A DNA stretch of 32,945 nucleotides from Cyclobacteriaceae bacterium (GTDB lineage Bacteria; Bacteroidota; Bacteroidia; Cytophagales; JAAEPT01): contig JBGCEI010000005.1 of NCBI GenBank assembly GCA_045106295.1, positions 1 to 32,945 of the forward strand. The letters run 5' to 3'. Each line of letters starts with the position of its first letter. The first letter of the stretch is position 1. The notes beneath the pieces are model-generated. The model did no database searches. It was given only the letters and a program-made list of their open reading frames with translations, and was not told the origin of the DNA. Positions 5,954-15,088 of the stretch are shown here, piece by piece. Both the position numbers and the translations under genes were made by a program.

Positions 5954-8661
5954 GTGGTACTTGCTGCTTTTCTAGACCTTACTTTCATTTTGTATGAGAC
6001 ATAACGCTCTAATGGGAATATGGCACCTGCTAGTGCTACTTGAATAAGGAAATTGACTACAGGAGAAGCACCATAATCAAAAATATTCTGACCCAAGGTC
6101 TCTAAGAATTCAGCCGTAACAATCAATGTCAGGAAGATTAGCCCTTGACGAAGGTGTCTGTTCGCATTTTTTTGACTACTCAGTCTAAACGATAAGAAAA
6201 ATAAAGAACCAAAGAAAAGAATTTCTAAGAAGTAAAACCAATTGGTTTTCCAATAAGGTGGAGATACTATAAATGAGATTTCGTTCCCTTCATTTACTTC
6301 ATTGAACATATTACGAACCCTCATTTTTAGTACATATTTCCCTGGTAATAGTCCACTTAGCTTTACAGAACGATCGTTACTCCAAGAAGACCAATTTTCA
6401 TCTCCAATTCCTTTAATTAGGTATTGATAAGATAGTTTATAGTTAGATAAGTAATTAGGGATGTAATAGACGAACTCAATATTGTTGTCGTTATGCTCTA
6501 ATCGGAGATTTTTAAAAGATAAAAAGCTACCTTTTTTATTTTTCACTTCAGATAAATAGATTTGTTTACCGTGATTAAAACGAATGTCAGTACTACTAGG
6601 TGTGAAATAATAAATCTCATCGTTTTTAGTGATCACCCAATACGAATCTCTTTCTTTAAGGATTGTCTTTATTCTAGGTAAAAGGGTGAAAAGTTTAAAA
6701 TTAGTTGTTTTTGATACTAAATCTGTAATTGGTGTCCAATCCTCGTTTGCATACAACCAGGTGAGGTGATGTTGAGAGTGAATAAATTGATGAGGTTTTT
6801 TTAAGATTTCATTGTAAGAAGTGTCTTTTTTAAACGAATTACGCTCAGCATTAAACACCAAAACACTAGATTGTAAAACGAGTAGCAATTGATCATTCAT
6901 AGTGGTCATCCATACTTCATCGGAAAAAGGATTGTTTACTTTATAACTTCTCTTGGATGTTGGTTTTTTTGTCGAAGGCATTTGAATGACTTGTTCTTTA
7001 CCACAAATCCATAAACTTTCACCATGAGTATAAAGGTAACTTGGCTTAAAATTGAACGGTTTACTTACATAACTAGATACCCATTTCCCTCTTTTTTTCT
7101 CATGACGATGTAACTTATTGTCGTATGTGATGAAATACAATACACCGTCCTGCGAAAGAAGGCTGCATCTGCTTCCATGATTAAATAGTCGATTTGTTTT
7201 ACTCTTATTAATGGAATACACGCCTTGGTTAGTTACGGCTAATAGTTCTCCATTGTGAATGTAAAATTTTTTACAACTTGACTTGATTTCTTTTATTTTT
7301 CGATAGCCATGAGAAACAGAGTGTAGGATTTTTTCTTTAGTACTTATGTAACGAGCTTTTGCTTTAGTGTTAGTTGTTCTACTTCTTTCCTTTCTTTCTA
7401 CCCTTGCTAGTCTTTTTTTTAATTTTTTCTTTCTACTCTTCTTTTTACCAAATAGGCTGGTGAATAAGGATTTTTCTTCTTCTTTTTCTTCCTCTCTTAT
7501 TTCTTGCTCCTCACGAAGTGATGGTGCTTCCTCTTTTAGTTTAATTACCTTGTTTACAAGACTAAAGTCTTCTATTTTATCTAAATAATAAATTCCTTGA
7601 GAGGTACCTACATAGGTAGTTCCTCCAAATGAGGTCACTGTATTAATGTGTCCTTCTAAACCCGAATAATTAGAGTATGTTTTGAAGGGGAGTTGAGCAT
7701 CTAGTCTTGTGAAGCCATAACTGTGAGACATCCAAATACCTCCAAAATTATCTTTAGTAGCCGCTATTATTTCATTGTCCGGAAGCCCTGTAAAGTAATT
7801 GATGGAAGCGTATGTTTCGGTTGTGTAGCGATTTATAATTATAGCACCACTCAAATGGGTAGATAAAATAAGTAAACTATCTGAGAATGATTCTATACTG
7901 AATAGTTGACTATTTTTGAGTATGTCAGGGCTCTTAATTGTGAATGGTGAAAATGAGTTGTTCGCATATACGAACAACTCATTTTTTTCGTTGCCTAATA
8001 AAATACTGCTATCTGATAGTAAATTAGTACATGTGATGGGAGACTCGTTAGGTAGCGTATTAGTGAGTGTTAAGCTAGAATCTTTTAAGGTGAATAAATA
8101 ACCGTCGTTACTACTTAGAAAAAGCGTTTCTTCGAAAGAAAAAATATCACTAAATCCATCAATTGAATCGTTAGTTACAATAGATACTTTATTGTTTTCT
8201 TGGTTGTAACAATACACCTTATCGTCACCTAAAAAGTAGAGCGTATTTTCAGTAGTTATTATTTTAGTAATTAATGGTGTGCTCGCCTCATCTTTGAAGC
8301 CAATGGATACAAAATCTTCTGTGCCATTGTCTGATGTACGTAAGTAGCCAAATCCTTTTAGGCAACCGACATAAATTCTATCTGCTTTTTTATTGTAAGC
8401 AAAAGATAGGGGAGTACTAGGTGTAGGGAGGAGTGACCAATGGTTTCCATCGTATGTTAAGATACCTTTTCTATTTGCAAACCTAATTCTGTCTTGACCA
8501 TCATGGACGATTGCAAAATTTTCAGTAGAGGCTAATTTTGAAGGCGCTTCAAAATTAGATAAAAATAAGTCCCCATTTTGAGAATAAACAGATGTGTTTC
8601 CTAAGAGAAAGAAGACTACAAAGTAAGTAATTAAACAGTAAAGAAAAAGTAATCTTGACAT
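5950..8661 (-). CDS. Two-component-regulator-propeller / Y_Y_Y domain membrane protein with no kinase or other output domain
   Basis: Signal/anchor MSRLLFLYCLITYFVVFFLLG. Repeated Reg_prop-like blades (e.g. AIVHDGQDRIRFANRKGILTYDGNHW, DNFGGIWMSHSYGFTRLD). Y_Y_Y-like module (YQYLIKGIGDENWSSWSNDRSVKLSGLLPGKYVLKMRVRN). It ends in about 110 aa that are mostly hydrophobic helices. The ATG at 8661 is preferred because the track start (TTG at 8682) lies inside the purA terminator T-run. Confidence 0.7.
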   Translation of the reverse strand: MSRLLFLYCLITYFVVFFLLGNTSVYSQNGDLFLSNFEAPSKLASTENFAIVHDGQDRIRFANRKGILTYDGNHWSLLPTPSTPLSFAYNKKADRIYVGCLKGFGYLRTSDNGTEDFVSIGFKDEASTPLITKIITTENTLYFLGDDKVYCYNQENNKVSIVTNDSIDGFSDIFSFEETLFLSSNDGYLFTLKDSSLTLTNTLPNESPITCTNLLSDSSILLGNEKNELFVYANNSFSPFTIKSPDILKNSQLFSIESFSDSLLILSTHLSGAIIINRYTTETYASINYFTGLPDNEIIAATKDNFGGIWMSHSYGFTRLDAQLPFKTYSNYSGLEGHINTVTSFGGTTYVGTSQGIYYLDKIEDFSLVNKVIKLKEEAPSLREEQEIREEEKEEEKSLFTSLFGKKKSRKKKLKKRLARVERKERSRTTNTKAKARYISTKEKILHSVSHGYRKIKEIKSSCKKFYIHNGELLAVTNQGVYSINKSKTNRLFNHGSRCSLLSQDGVLYFITYDNKLHRHEKKRGKWVSSYVSKPFNFKPSYLYTHGESLWICGKEQVIQMPSTKKPTSKRSYKVNNPFSDEVWMTTMNDQLLLVLQSSVLVFNAERNSFKKDTSYNEILKKPHQFIHSQHHLTWLYANEDWTPITDLVSKTTNFKLFTLLPRIKTILKERDSYWVITKNDEIYYFTPSSTDIRFNHGKQIYLSEVKNKKGSFLSFKNLRLEHNDNNIEFVYYIPNYLSNYKLSYQYLIKGIGDENWSSWSNDRSVKLSGLLPGKYVLKMRVRNMFNEVNEGNEISFIVSPPYWKTNWFYFLEILFFGSLFFLSFRLSSQKNANRHLRQGLIFLTLIVTAEFLETLGQNIFDYGASPVVNFLIQVALAGAIFPLERYVSYKMKVRSRKAASTT

Positions 8662-8680
8662 GTGTTTTCCTTTTGTAAAC

Positions 8681-8712
8681 AAAAAAGAGTAGCCTTTGTT
8701 TGAGGCTACTCT
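8681..8712 (-). terminator. Rho-independent terminator of purA
   Basis: Perfect 10-bp stem agagtagcct (8686-8695) / aggctactct (8703-8712) with a 7-nt loop. On the minus strand it is followed by TTTTTGTTT. Confidence 0.75.
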
Positions 8713-8741
8713 TCTAATTTACGTTAAAATTGTTAGACTTG

Positions 8742-10043
8742 TTACATGCTCATGTCTAAAACCTCTTCTCTTTTTGGACCTGTAGATACTAGGTCAATTG
8801 GTACACCTGTTTCTTTCTGAATAAAGTTGATGTAGTCAGTCATTGGAGTAGGGATTTCACTTGTCTTTATGTTATCCAAAGAAGATTGCCATCCTTTAAA
8901 ACTGTTGTAGTGAGGCTTCATGTTTTCTCGTTCAATATCATAAGGGAATTCTGCTTTTACAGACCCATCTGTTTGTTCATATCCTGTACAAATATCTATT
9001 GTTTCAAATCCGTTTAGTACATCTATTTTCATCATTAAAAGGCTTGTAACTCCGTTGATCATAATAGAATAATTTAAGGCGGGTAAGTCTAACCATCCAC
9101 ATCGTCTAGCTCTTCCAGTAGTAGAACCAAACTCGTTTCCAACCTTCATTAACTTATCTCCTGTTTCATTGAGTAGCTCTGTAGGGAAGGGACCGCTACC
9201 TACTCTAGTACAATATGCTTTGAAAATCCCTAATACTTCACCTATCTTACTTGGAGCAACACCTAGTCCGCTACAAACTCCAGCAACAGTGGTGTTCGAT
9301 GAGGTAACGTATGGGTAAGTACCATAGTCAATATCTAGTAAGCTTCCTTGAGCACCTTCTGCTAATACAGCCTTACCTTCCTTTAACGCATTATTAATGA
9401 AGTAAGCGGTGTCTTTAATATCTAAATTTTTCATGAATTCCGAAGCAGTGAAGAATTGTTCTTCGAGTTCAGCAAGGGAGGTAGAAAGCTTTCCAATAGT
9501 GATATTGTCACAATCGTACTTAAAGAAATCAAGCATAATCATATGCTCTTTTTTAAGGGCTTCGTATTTTTCTTTGAAATCAGGGAGTAATAAGTCGCCT
9601 ACACGAATTCCTGAGCGACCTATTTTATCTTGATAAGTTGGTCCTATTCCTTTTAGTGTAGATCCAATTTTATTATCACCTTTAGCTAGTTCTTGAGCAT
9701 GATCTAATAATTTGTGGGTTGGGATAATCAGTTGAGCTCTGTTAGAAACAACTAGGTTGTCTTGTACTTTGATGTTATAAGGTAATAATTCTTTTGCCTC
9801 TTCAAAGAATTTGATAGGGTCTAAAACAACACCATTACCAATTACATTTTTAATTTCTTTATGGAAAATACCAGAAGGGATCTGGTGTAATACATGCTTG
9901 ATACCATCAAACTCTAGTGTGTGACCTGCATTTGGTCCTCCTTGAAACCTAGCTACGATATCGTATTTACGAGCTAAGTAATCAACAACTTTTCCTTTTC
10001 CTTCGTCACCCCACTGGAGCCCTAATAATACATCTACCGCCAT
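8742..10043 (-). CDS. purA: Adenylosuccinate synthase
   Basis: 433 aa. N-terminal QWGDEGKGK P-loop, GGPNAGHT, GIGPTY, TTGRARRCGWLD. Canonical PurA motifs in canonical order. Confidence 0.97.
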   Translation of the reverse strand: MAVDVLLGLQWGDEGKGKVVDYLARKYDIVARFQGGPNAGHTLEFDGIKHVLHQIPSGIFHKEIKNVIGNGVVLDPIKFFEEAKELLPYNIKVQDNLVVSNRAQLIIPTHKLLDHAQELAKGDNKIGSTLKGIGPTYQDKIGRSGIRVGDLLLPDFKEKYEALKKEHMIMLDFFKYDCDNITIGKLSTSLAELEEQFFTASEFMKNLDIKDTAYFINNALKEGKAVLAEGAQGSLLDIDYGTYPYVTSSNTTVAGVCSGLGVAPSKIGEVLGIFKAYCTRVGSGPFPTELLNETGDKLMKVGNEFGSTTGRARRCGWLDLPALNYSIMINGVTSLLMMKIDVLNGFETIDICTGYEQTDGSVKAEFPYDIERENMKPHYNSFKGWQSSLDNIKTSEIPTPMTDYINFIQKETGVPIDLVSTGPKREEVLDMSM

Positions 10044-10240
10044 GGTAATTTTGTGAATTTAATTAAAAAGCAAAAGTCAGGGTATATTTCTAAAATTCCA
10101 ATAGGGAATACATTATTTTATACACTTTTTAATTAGAGTTGTAAATAAAAGAGATCAGCCTTGCTTTGTAATGAACAAACCTCATAGTTTTTGCTTTTAA
10201 AATATCATATTTTATCCTTAGAAAAGAGGTGTGTTAAAAA

Positions 10241-12463
10241 TTACGTACGAACTACTTCAACTATATCAGGTATCTGTTTTAAATTAGTGATGAGTGTTGT
10301 GAGCTGTTTTTTATCTTTTATAGATAGTTTGATTATATCCTCCACTAAGCCATGATCCGTGTTAGCATTGATTGAAATAATATTAATACCCAATTCTTTG
10401 TAAATAGTAGAAGTAATATCATTTAGTAACCCAGGTCTATCTGTTCCTGATATTTTTAGTAGTGCAGTAGTTTCTGATTTTTCACTACTTTTCCAAGTAG
10501 CTTTTACAATTCGGTATCCATAGTTGGACATTAATTTAGTTGCATTACTACAGTTAGTTTTATGAATTGTAATCCCTTGATGCACAGTAACAAAGCCGAA
10601 TACTTCTTCTCCTGGAATAGGTTTACAACAAGGAGCTAAACGATAATCGAAAGACTCTTCATCGTCCCCAATCACTAATTTGTCCTTATTGATCTCTTTG
10701 GCATGTTTTTCAGCTTGTTTAGCTTCAGTCTTAGAAAAAGTGAGATTTTCTGGATGAGAAATACCTTTCTTTTCATCATCATTGATACACTGCACCGCTT
10801 TTTTTATAGTAGTTGGGTCAATTTCTTTTGAGCCAAGTTTGTAATAAAAGTCAGTAATAGAATTTAGGTGGAAATAATCTGCTAGTTTACTAACAACTTT
10901 TTGATCTCCAGAACCTAAAGGCTGTTTCAGTTTTCGTTCTAAAATTTCTCTTCCTTCATTAATTAAAGGTTTTCGTATTTCTCTAAGAAATTCTTTAATT
11001 CGTTTTTTTGCTTTAGATGTTTTTACGGTTTTCAACCAATCTTCCGTTGGTTTCTGTTTTTTGGAAGTAAGAACACTTAATTGATTTCCATTCTTTAATA
11101 TGTAATCAATAGGAACCAATTTATGACCTATTTTAGCACCTATGCAGTTCATACCTACATCAGAATGTATGTCAAAGGCAAAGTCTAATACGGTAGCTCC
11201 TTGAGGATAAACTTTTAAATCTCCTTTTGGTGTAAATACAAAAATTTCTTCATTAAATAAGTTGGATCTAAACTCATCTACAAACTCGAGCGTCGATGAA
11301 TTACTTTGTTCTAACTGAGAACGTACTTTTGTGATCCATTGGTCTAACCCATATTCGTGACTCTCTTTTTTACCTTTGTACTTCCAATGTGCCGCATATC
11401 CTTTTTCTGCAATATCATCCATCCGTTGTGTACGAATTTGTACTTCTACCCACCGTCCTGCATCACTCATTACAGTAGTGTGCAAAGATTCATATCCATT
11501 TGCTTTAGGCGTACTTATCCAGTCTCTCAATCTGTCAGGATTAGGTTTGTAGTAGTCGGTGACAATAGAATAGACATTCCAGCATCCAGACTTTTCTTTT
11601 TCTATAGGTATTTTAAGTACAATTCTAATCGCAAATAAGTCATAAACCTGATTGAACTCGATGTTCTGTTTCTTCATTTTATTCCAGATGGAATAAATAG
11701 ATTTAGGGCGTCCTTTGATTACAAACTCATGTCCAGATTCAATTAATTGCTGTTGTATCGGATTAATAAAATCTCTTATGAATTTATTTCTCGATCGCTT
11801 TGTTTCATTGATTTTTTTAGCAATTTCATAATAAGTATCTGTCTCTGTGTACTTTAGGTACAAATCCTCTAATTCAGATTTAATCGTATAAAGTCCTAAT
11901 CTATGAGCTAAAGGAGCGTATAGGTAGATGGTTTCAGAAGCAATCTTCAGTTGCTTATGCCTTGGCATACTATCCATCGTACGCATATTGTGGAGGCGAT
12001 CACATATTTTTACTAATACCACTCTTACGTCATCCGAAAGAGTTAAGATCATTTTTCTGAAATTCTCAGCTTGCTGAGAAGTATCTCCACTCAAAGTAGT
12101 TGAGCTAGATATTTTTGTGAGCCCATCAATAATAGTGGCTACCTTAGGTCCAAAATGTTCTTCTATGTAGTCTAACTTAATATCAGAGTCTTCTACCACG
12201 TCGTGCATCAAAGCGCAAACAATAGCAGTAGTTCCTAAGCCTACTTCTTCTACCGCTATTTGAGCCACCGCTATAGGATGAAAAATGTAAGGTTCTCCAG
12301 ATTTCCGTCTAACATCTCTGTGTGCTTCTACCGCTACATTAAATGCTTTTTTGATGATTTTTGCATCTCCATCCTTTAAAAATGGTTTTGCCGTACGCAG
12401 TAACTTCCTGTATTCTTTTACTATGGCTTTGTTTTCTTCTTCAGGACTGAGCTGTTGATACAT
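10241..12463 (-). CDS. rel: Bifunctional (p)ppGpp synthetase/hydrolase, long RelA/SpoT homolog
   Basis: 740 aa. HD hydrolase domain (HPIAVA..., HDVVEDS). Synthetase domain (GRPKSIYSIWNKM, DLFAIRIV, YESLHTTV). TGS-like region (IFVFTPKGDL). C-terminal ACT-like region. Confidence 0.93.
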   Translation of the reverse strand: MYQQLSPEEENKAIVKEYRKLLRTAKPFLKDGDAKIIKKAFNVAVEAHRDVRRKSGEPYIFHPIAVAQIAVEEVGLGTTAIVCALMHDVVEDSDIKLDYIEEHFGPKVATIIDGLTKISSSTTLSGDTSQQAENFRKMILTLSDDVRVVLVKICDRLHNMRTMDSMPRHKQLKIASETIYLYAPLAHRLGLYTIKSELEDLYLKYTETDTYYEIAKKINETKRSRNKFIRDFINPIQQQLIESGHEFVIKGRPKSIYSIWNKMKKQNIEFNQVYDLFAIRIVLKIPIEKEKSGCWNVYSIVTDYYKPNPDRLRDWISTPKANGYESLHTTVMSDAGRWVEVQIRTQRMDDIAEKGYAAHWKYKGKKESHEYGLDQWITKVRSQLEQSNSSTLEFVDEFRSNLFNEEIFVFTPKGDLKVYPQGATVLDFAFDIHSDVGMNCIGAKIGHKLVPIDYILKNGNQLSVLTSKKQKPTEDWLKTVKTSKAKKRIKEFLREIRKPLINEGREILERKLKQPLGSGDQKVVSKLADYFHLNSITDFYYKLGSKEIDPTTIKKAVQCINDDEKKGISHPENLTFSKTEAKQAEKHAKEINKDKLVIGDDEESFDYRLAPCCKPIPGEEVFGFVTVHQGITIHKTNCSNATKLMSNYGYRIVKATWKSSEKSETTALLKISGTDRPGLLNDITSTIYKELGINIISINANTDHGLVEDIIKLSIKDKKQLTTLITNLKQIPDIVEVVRT

Positions 12464-12543
12464 AAAAAATTCAGTTTTGGAATCTAGTGAAAAAGCATTT
12501 ATTATAAGGTAGACATCTTTACGAGTGATAACAATAGAAAGTT

Positions 12544-13875
12544 TTATTTTTTGATAATAGAATTGATTATAGCTGAAAAATAAGATCCTGTATAAGGGCC
12601 ATACCAGTTTGTTTCTTGTGCTTCCCTTGTCCTTTCGTGGTAATGCTTATCTACAATTACATAACCAATGTAGTCGCCATTGAAGCTGGTAATTAGTAAT
12701 GGATTAGTAGTGTTTATTTTAGGGCGTAATTCACCAGAAAAGTCACAAGGAGTAGCTACTAAATCAATAGAACCTAATCTTAAATGTGAAACGTATGTTT
12801 CGCTTTTTCTGTTGAAAAGGCTGTTAAATAACCAGCTTCGTGTACGTATATTTTTTGTTAATTTTAATACCGGATCAGGTAAAAAGACAGGGTGTTTTTT
12901 GAAAGATAAAGGTATGCTGTCTGTATCAGGTTTAGCTTCTGGCAGCTTTTCGAGAATAAGATGAGCTAACTTTTTTCCGTAGGTGTTGACATTCTCCATT
13001 GTTTTTTCGTCCGACTTGATTTTAGCAGAGTGGTTGGAGACACCTCCAGCACAAAATAGGGCAAAGTCGATAGTAGCATTATTTTCTAATTCTTTAATTA
13101 AATAATTAGGATAATCACCAGATAATAAACTAGAACTTGAAGGAGTAGTAGTAGCATGAGCTGAAAAAGAAGTCAACAAGGCAGAGGTGCTATCCGTTTT
13201 GGTAAACAAAATAGACCGTATGGTATTATCGACATAACTGCCTTTGAACTTATTACTGACAAAATTTGCTCCACTTGCTTCCGAATAAGCTATTCTTCCT
13301 TCAGATAAGGTATGGACCGAATGAGTTAGACTTTTTACAGTTTGGGAAGCAATCATTTCGACTATTGACTTGTCGTATCCGCCTACGGCAAATTTCCCGA
13401 CTACACTTTTATCCCAACCACTAATACTTTGATGACTATGTGTAGCAGAAAAATAGAGACCATCTAACTGAAGGGTTTTAAATGCTGAAGATGCTTTAAT
13501 AGATTCTACGATACTTGGGTTTACTATTAATAAATCATAACTAATGATGGCGTATTTCTTATTATTAGAAGATACTACAATAGTTCTTACATAAATAGAG
13601 TCTCTTATTCCTGTATATTTTTTACTGTTAACACCATAACCTGCCAGTTTAAATGGTAAGACAGGTACTATCGTTTTTTTAGACCAACCTATTTGTAAGG
13701 GAGAAGATTTGGGAGTAGCTTCTGGACTCTTTTTTATGTTGTCTAGCGTTTTTTTATAAAAGAATGTAGGTTCTATTTTTTTGTAATCAATAGTGTCAAA
13801 ACATGCTATTGTTAGCAAGCATAAGGTAGTAAGTACGTAAGTTGTTCGTTTTATAAAAAGTAACATTTTCAGCAT
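12544..13875 (-). CDS. Neutral/alkaline ceramidase-like N-terminal-domain lipoprotein
   Basis: KLAGYGVNSKKYTGIRDSIYVRTIVV...YAIISYDLLIV...LYFSATHSHQS resembles the ceramidase N-domain pattern (aGY....G..D.lyaRa.v...D........ATHTHs). Lipobox LLTIAC after MLKMLLFIKRTTYVLTT. Start chosen at the ATG at 13875 (13866 is also possible). The track start at 13998 adds 41 aa with no signal peptide. Confidence 0.5.
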   Translation of the reverse strand: MLKMLLFIKRTTYVLTTLCLLTIACFDTIDYKKIEPTFFYKKTLDNIKKSPEATPKSSPLQIGWSKKTIVPVLPFKLAGYGVNSKKYTGIRDSIYVRTIVVSSNNKKYAIISYDLLIVNPSIVESIKASSAFKTLQLDGLYFSATHSHQSISGWDKSVVGKFAVGGYDKSIVEMIASQTVKSLTHSVHTLSEGRIAYSEASGANFVSNKFKGSYVDNTIRSILFTKTDSTSALLTSFSAHATTTPSSSSLLSGDYPNYLIKELENNATIDFALFCAGGVSNHSAKIKSDEKTMENVNTYGKKLAHLILEKLPEAKPDTDSIPLSFKKHPVFLPDPVLKLTKNIRTRSWLFNSLFNRKSETYVSHLRLGSIDLVATPCDFSGELRPKINTTNPLLITSFNGDYIGYVIVDKHYHERTREAQETNWYGPYTGSYFSAIINSIIKK

Positions 13876-14059
13876 TTGAATTTTAAAGCTACCAAAAAAA
13901 TACGGTATTTTTTTAAGTGTTATTTTGACATTTAAAAAAACAATATTATGTTTGTAACAATGGAAGTTGTCGAAAGTTGAGAAAAAGTGTAAGTTCAAGC
14001 ATTAAATTCATAAGGTAGGATTAACTACTTTTCTTCAACAAACCGTTAAAAAATAAAAG

Positions 14060-15085
14060 ATGAAAGGAAAAATTATAGTTACAGGAGGTTGCGGGTACAT
14101 AGGTTCTCATACCATTACAGAAATGATAGAGCACACGGACTATGATGTAGTTTCTATTGATAATAATTGTAATTCATCTATAAAAGCAATGAGCCGTATT
14201 GAAGAGATTACGGGAAAAGAAGTTAAGAACTATGTGGTAGATTTGTGTGATGATAATGCAGCTAGAAAAGCATTTGAAGAAAATAAAGATGCAGTAGCTG
14301 TTATTCATTTTGCAGCATTAAAAGCAGTAGGAGAGTCTGTTGATATACCTCTTGAGTACTATAGAAACAATCTTAATTCATTGAGTAACGTATTGAAATT
14401 CACGAATGAATTTGGTATCAAAAATTTAATTTTTTCTTCTTCCTGTTCACTTTATGGTGACGTTGATCAGTTACCTGTTTCAGAACAAACACCATTGAAT
14501 TTACCAGAATCCCCCTATGCAAACACAAAGAAGATAGGAGAAGAAATCATTAAAGATTACGTAAAAGTATCTAATATTAACGCCATATCATTGCGTTATT
14601 TCAATCCCGTAGGCGCACATGCCTCTGGTAAAATGGGTGAAGACCCTATTAATAAACCAAATAATTTAGTGCCTATTGTTACAGGAGTAGCATCTGGCAA
14701 AATGGAGAAACTAACCGTTTTTGGAGACGATTATAATACAAAAGATGGTTCTTGTGTAAGAGATTATATTCATGTGACAGATATTGCAAAAGCACATGTT
14801 GAAGCAGTAAGCTATTTATTGGCAGGCAAGCAAAAGCAAGGTTATGATGTATTTAATTTAGGTACGGGTAATGGTGTTACTGTTTTGGAATTAATAAAAG
14901 CATTTGAAAAAACAACAGGTGTGTCTTTGAATTATGAGATAGGACCTCGAAGAGCAGGAGATGTAGTGGCTGTTTATTCTGACAACACTAAAGTGAGTAA
15001 ATACTTAGGGTGGAAACCAGAAAGAGGAATTGATAATATGATGGAGTCTGCTTGGAAATGGCAGCAATATGTAAACAAAGAATAA
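14060..15085 (+). CDS. galE: UDP-glucose 4-epimerase
   Basis: 341 aa. Rossmann motif GGCGYIGSH. SDR catalytic YANTK (YxxxK). Typical GalE length, and it leads a gal operon. Confidence 0.95.
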   Translation: MKGKIIVTGGCGYIGSHTITEMIEHTDYDVVSIDNNCNSSIKAMSRIEEITGKEVKNYVVDLCDDNAARKAFEENKDAVAVIHFAALKAVGESVDIPLEYYRNNLNSLSNVLKFTNEFGIKNLIFSSSCSLYGDVDQLPVSEQTPLNLPESPYANTKKIGEEIIKDYVKVSNINAISLRYFNPVGAHASGKMGEDPINKPNNLVPIVTGVASGKMEKLTVFGDDYNTKDGSCVRDYIHVTDIAKAHVEAVSYLLAGKQKQGYDVFNLGTGNGVTVLELIKAFEKTTGVSLNYEIGPRRAGDVVAVYSDNTKVSKYLGWKPERGIDNMMESAWKWQQYVNKE

Positions 15086-15088
15086 AAC

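Noticed and set aside
7367-8101. Plus-strand ORFs 7367-7588 and 7916-8101
   Set aside because: They are antisense to the propeller/Y_Y_Y gene. The first is simply the complement of the K/E/R-rich simple-sequence insert. Neither has independent support.
8662-8682. TTG start at 8682 for the propeller protein
   Set aside because: That codon lies in the T-run of the purA terminator. The ATG at 8661 begins a proper signal/anchor sequence (MSRLLFLYCL...).
9409-9633. Plus-strand ORF antisense to purA
   Set aside because: Shadow ORF inside a canonical, fully motif-supported purA.
11357-11638. Plus-strand ORF antisense to the RelA/SpoT gene
   Set aside because: Shadow ORF with no motifs, inside a well-supported gene.
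2258-12463. Functional island linking PPK2, purA and RelA/SpoT (polyphosphate, ppGpp and purine control)
   Set aside because: ppGpp is known to affect PurA and polyphosphate metabolism. Here, though, the genes are separate transcription units with terminators and unrelated genes between them, so the adjacency is most simply ordinary housekeeping synteny.
12680-12964. Plus-strand ORF antisense to the ceramidase-like gene
   Set aside because: Shadow ORF with no independent signal.
13876-13998. Upstream extension of the ceramidase-like ORF (track start at 13998)
   Set aside because: The added 41 residues precede a textbook lipoprotein signal peptide, which would then be internal. The region is more likely promoter or leader.
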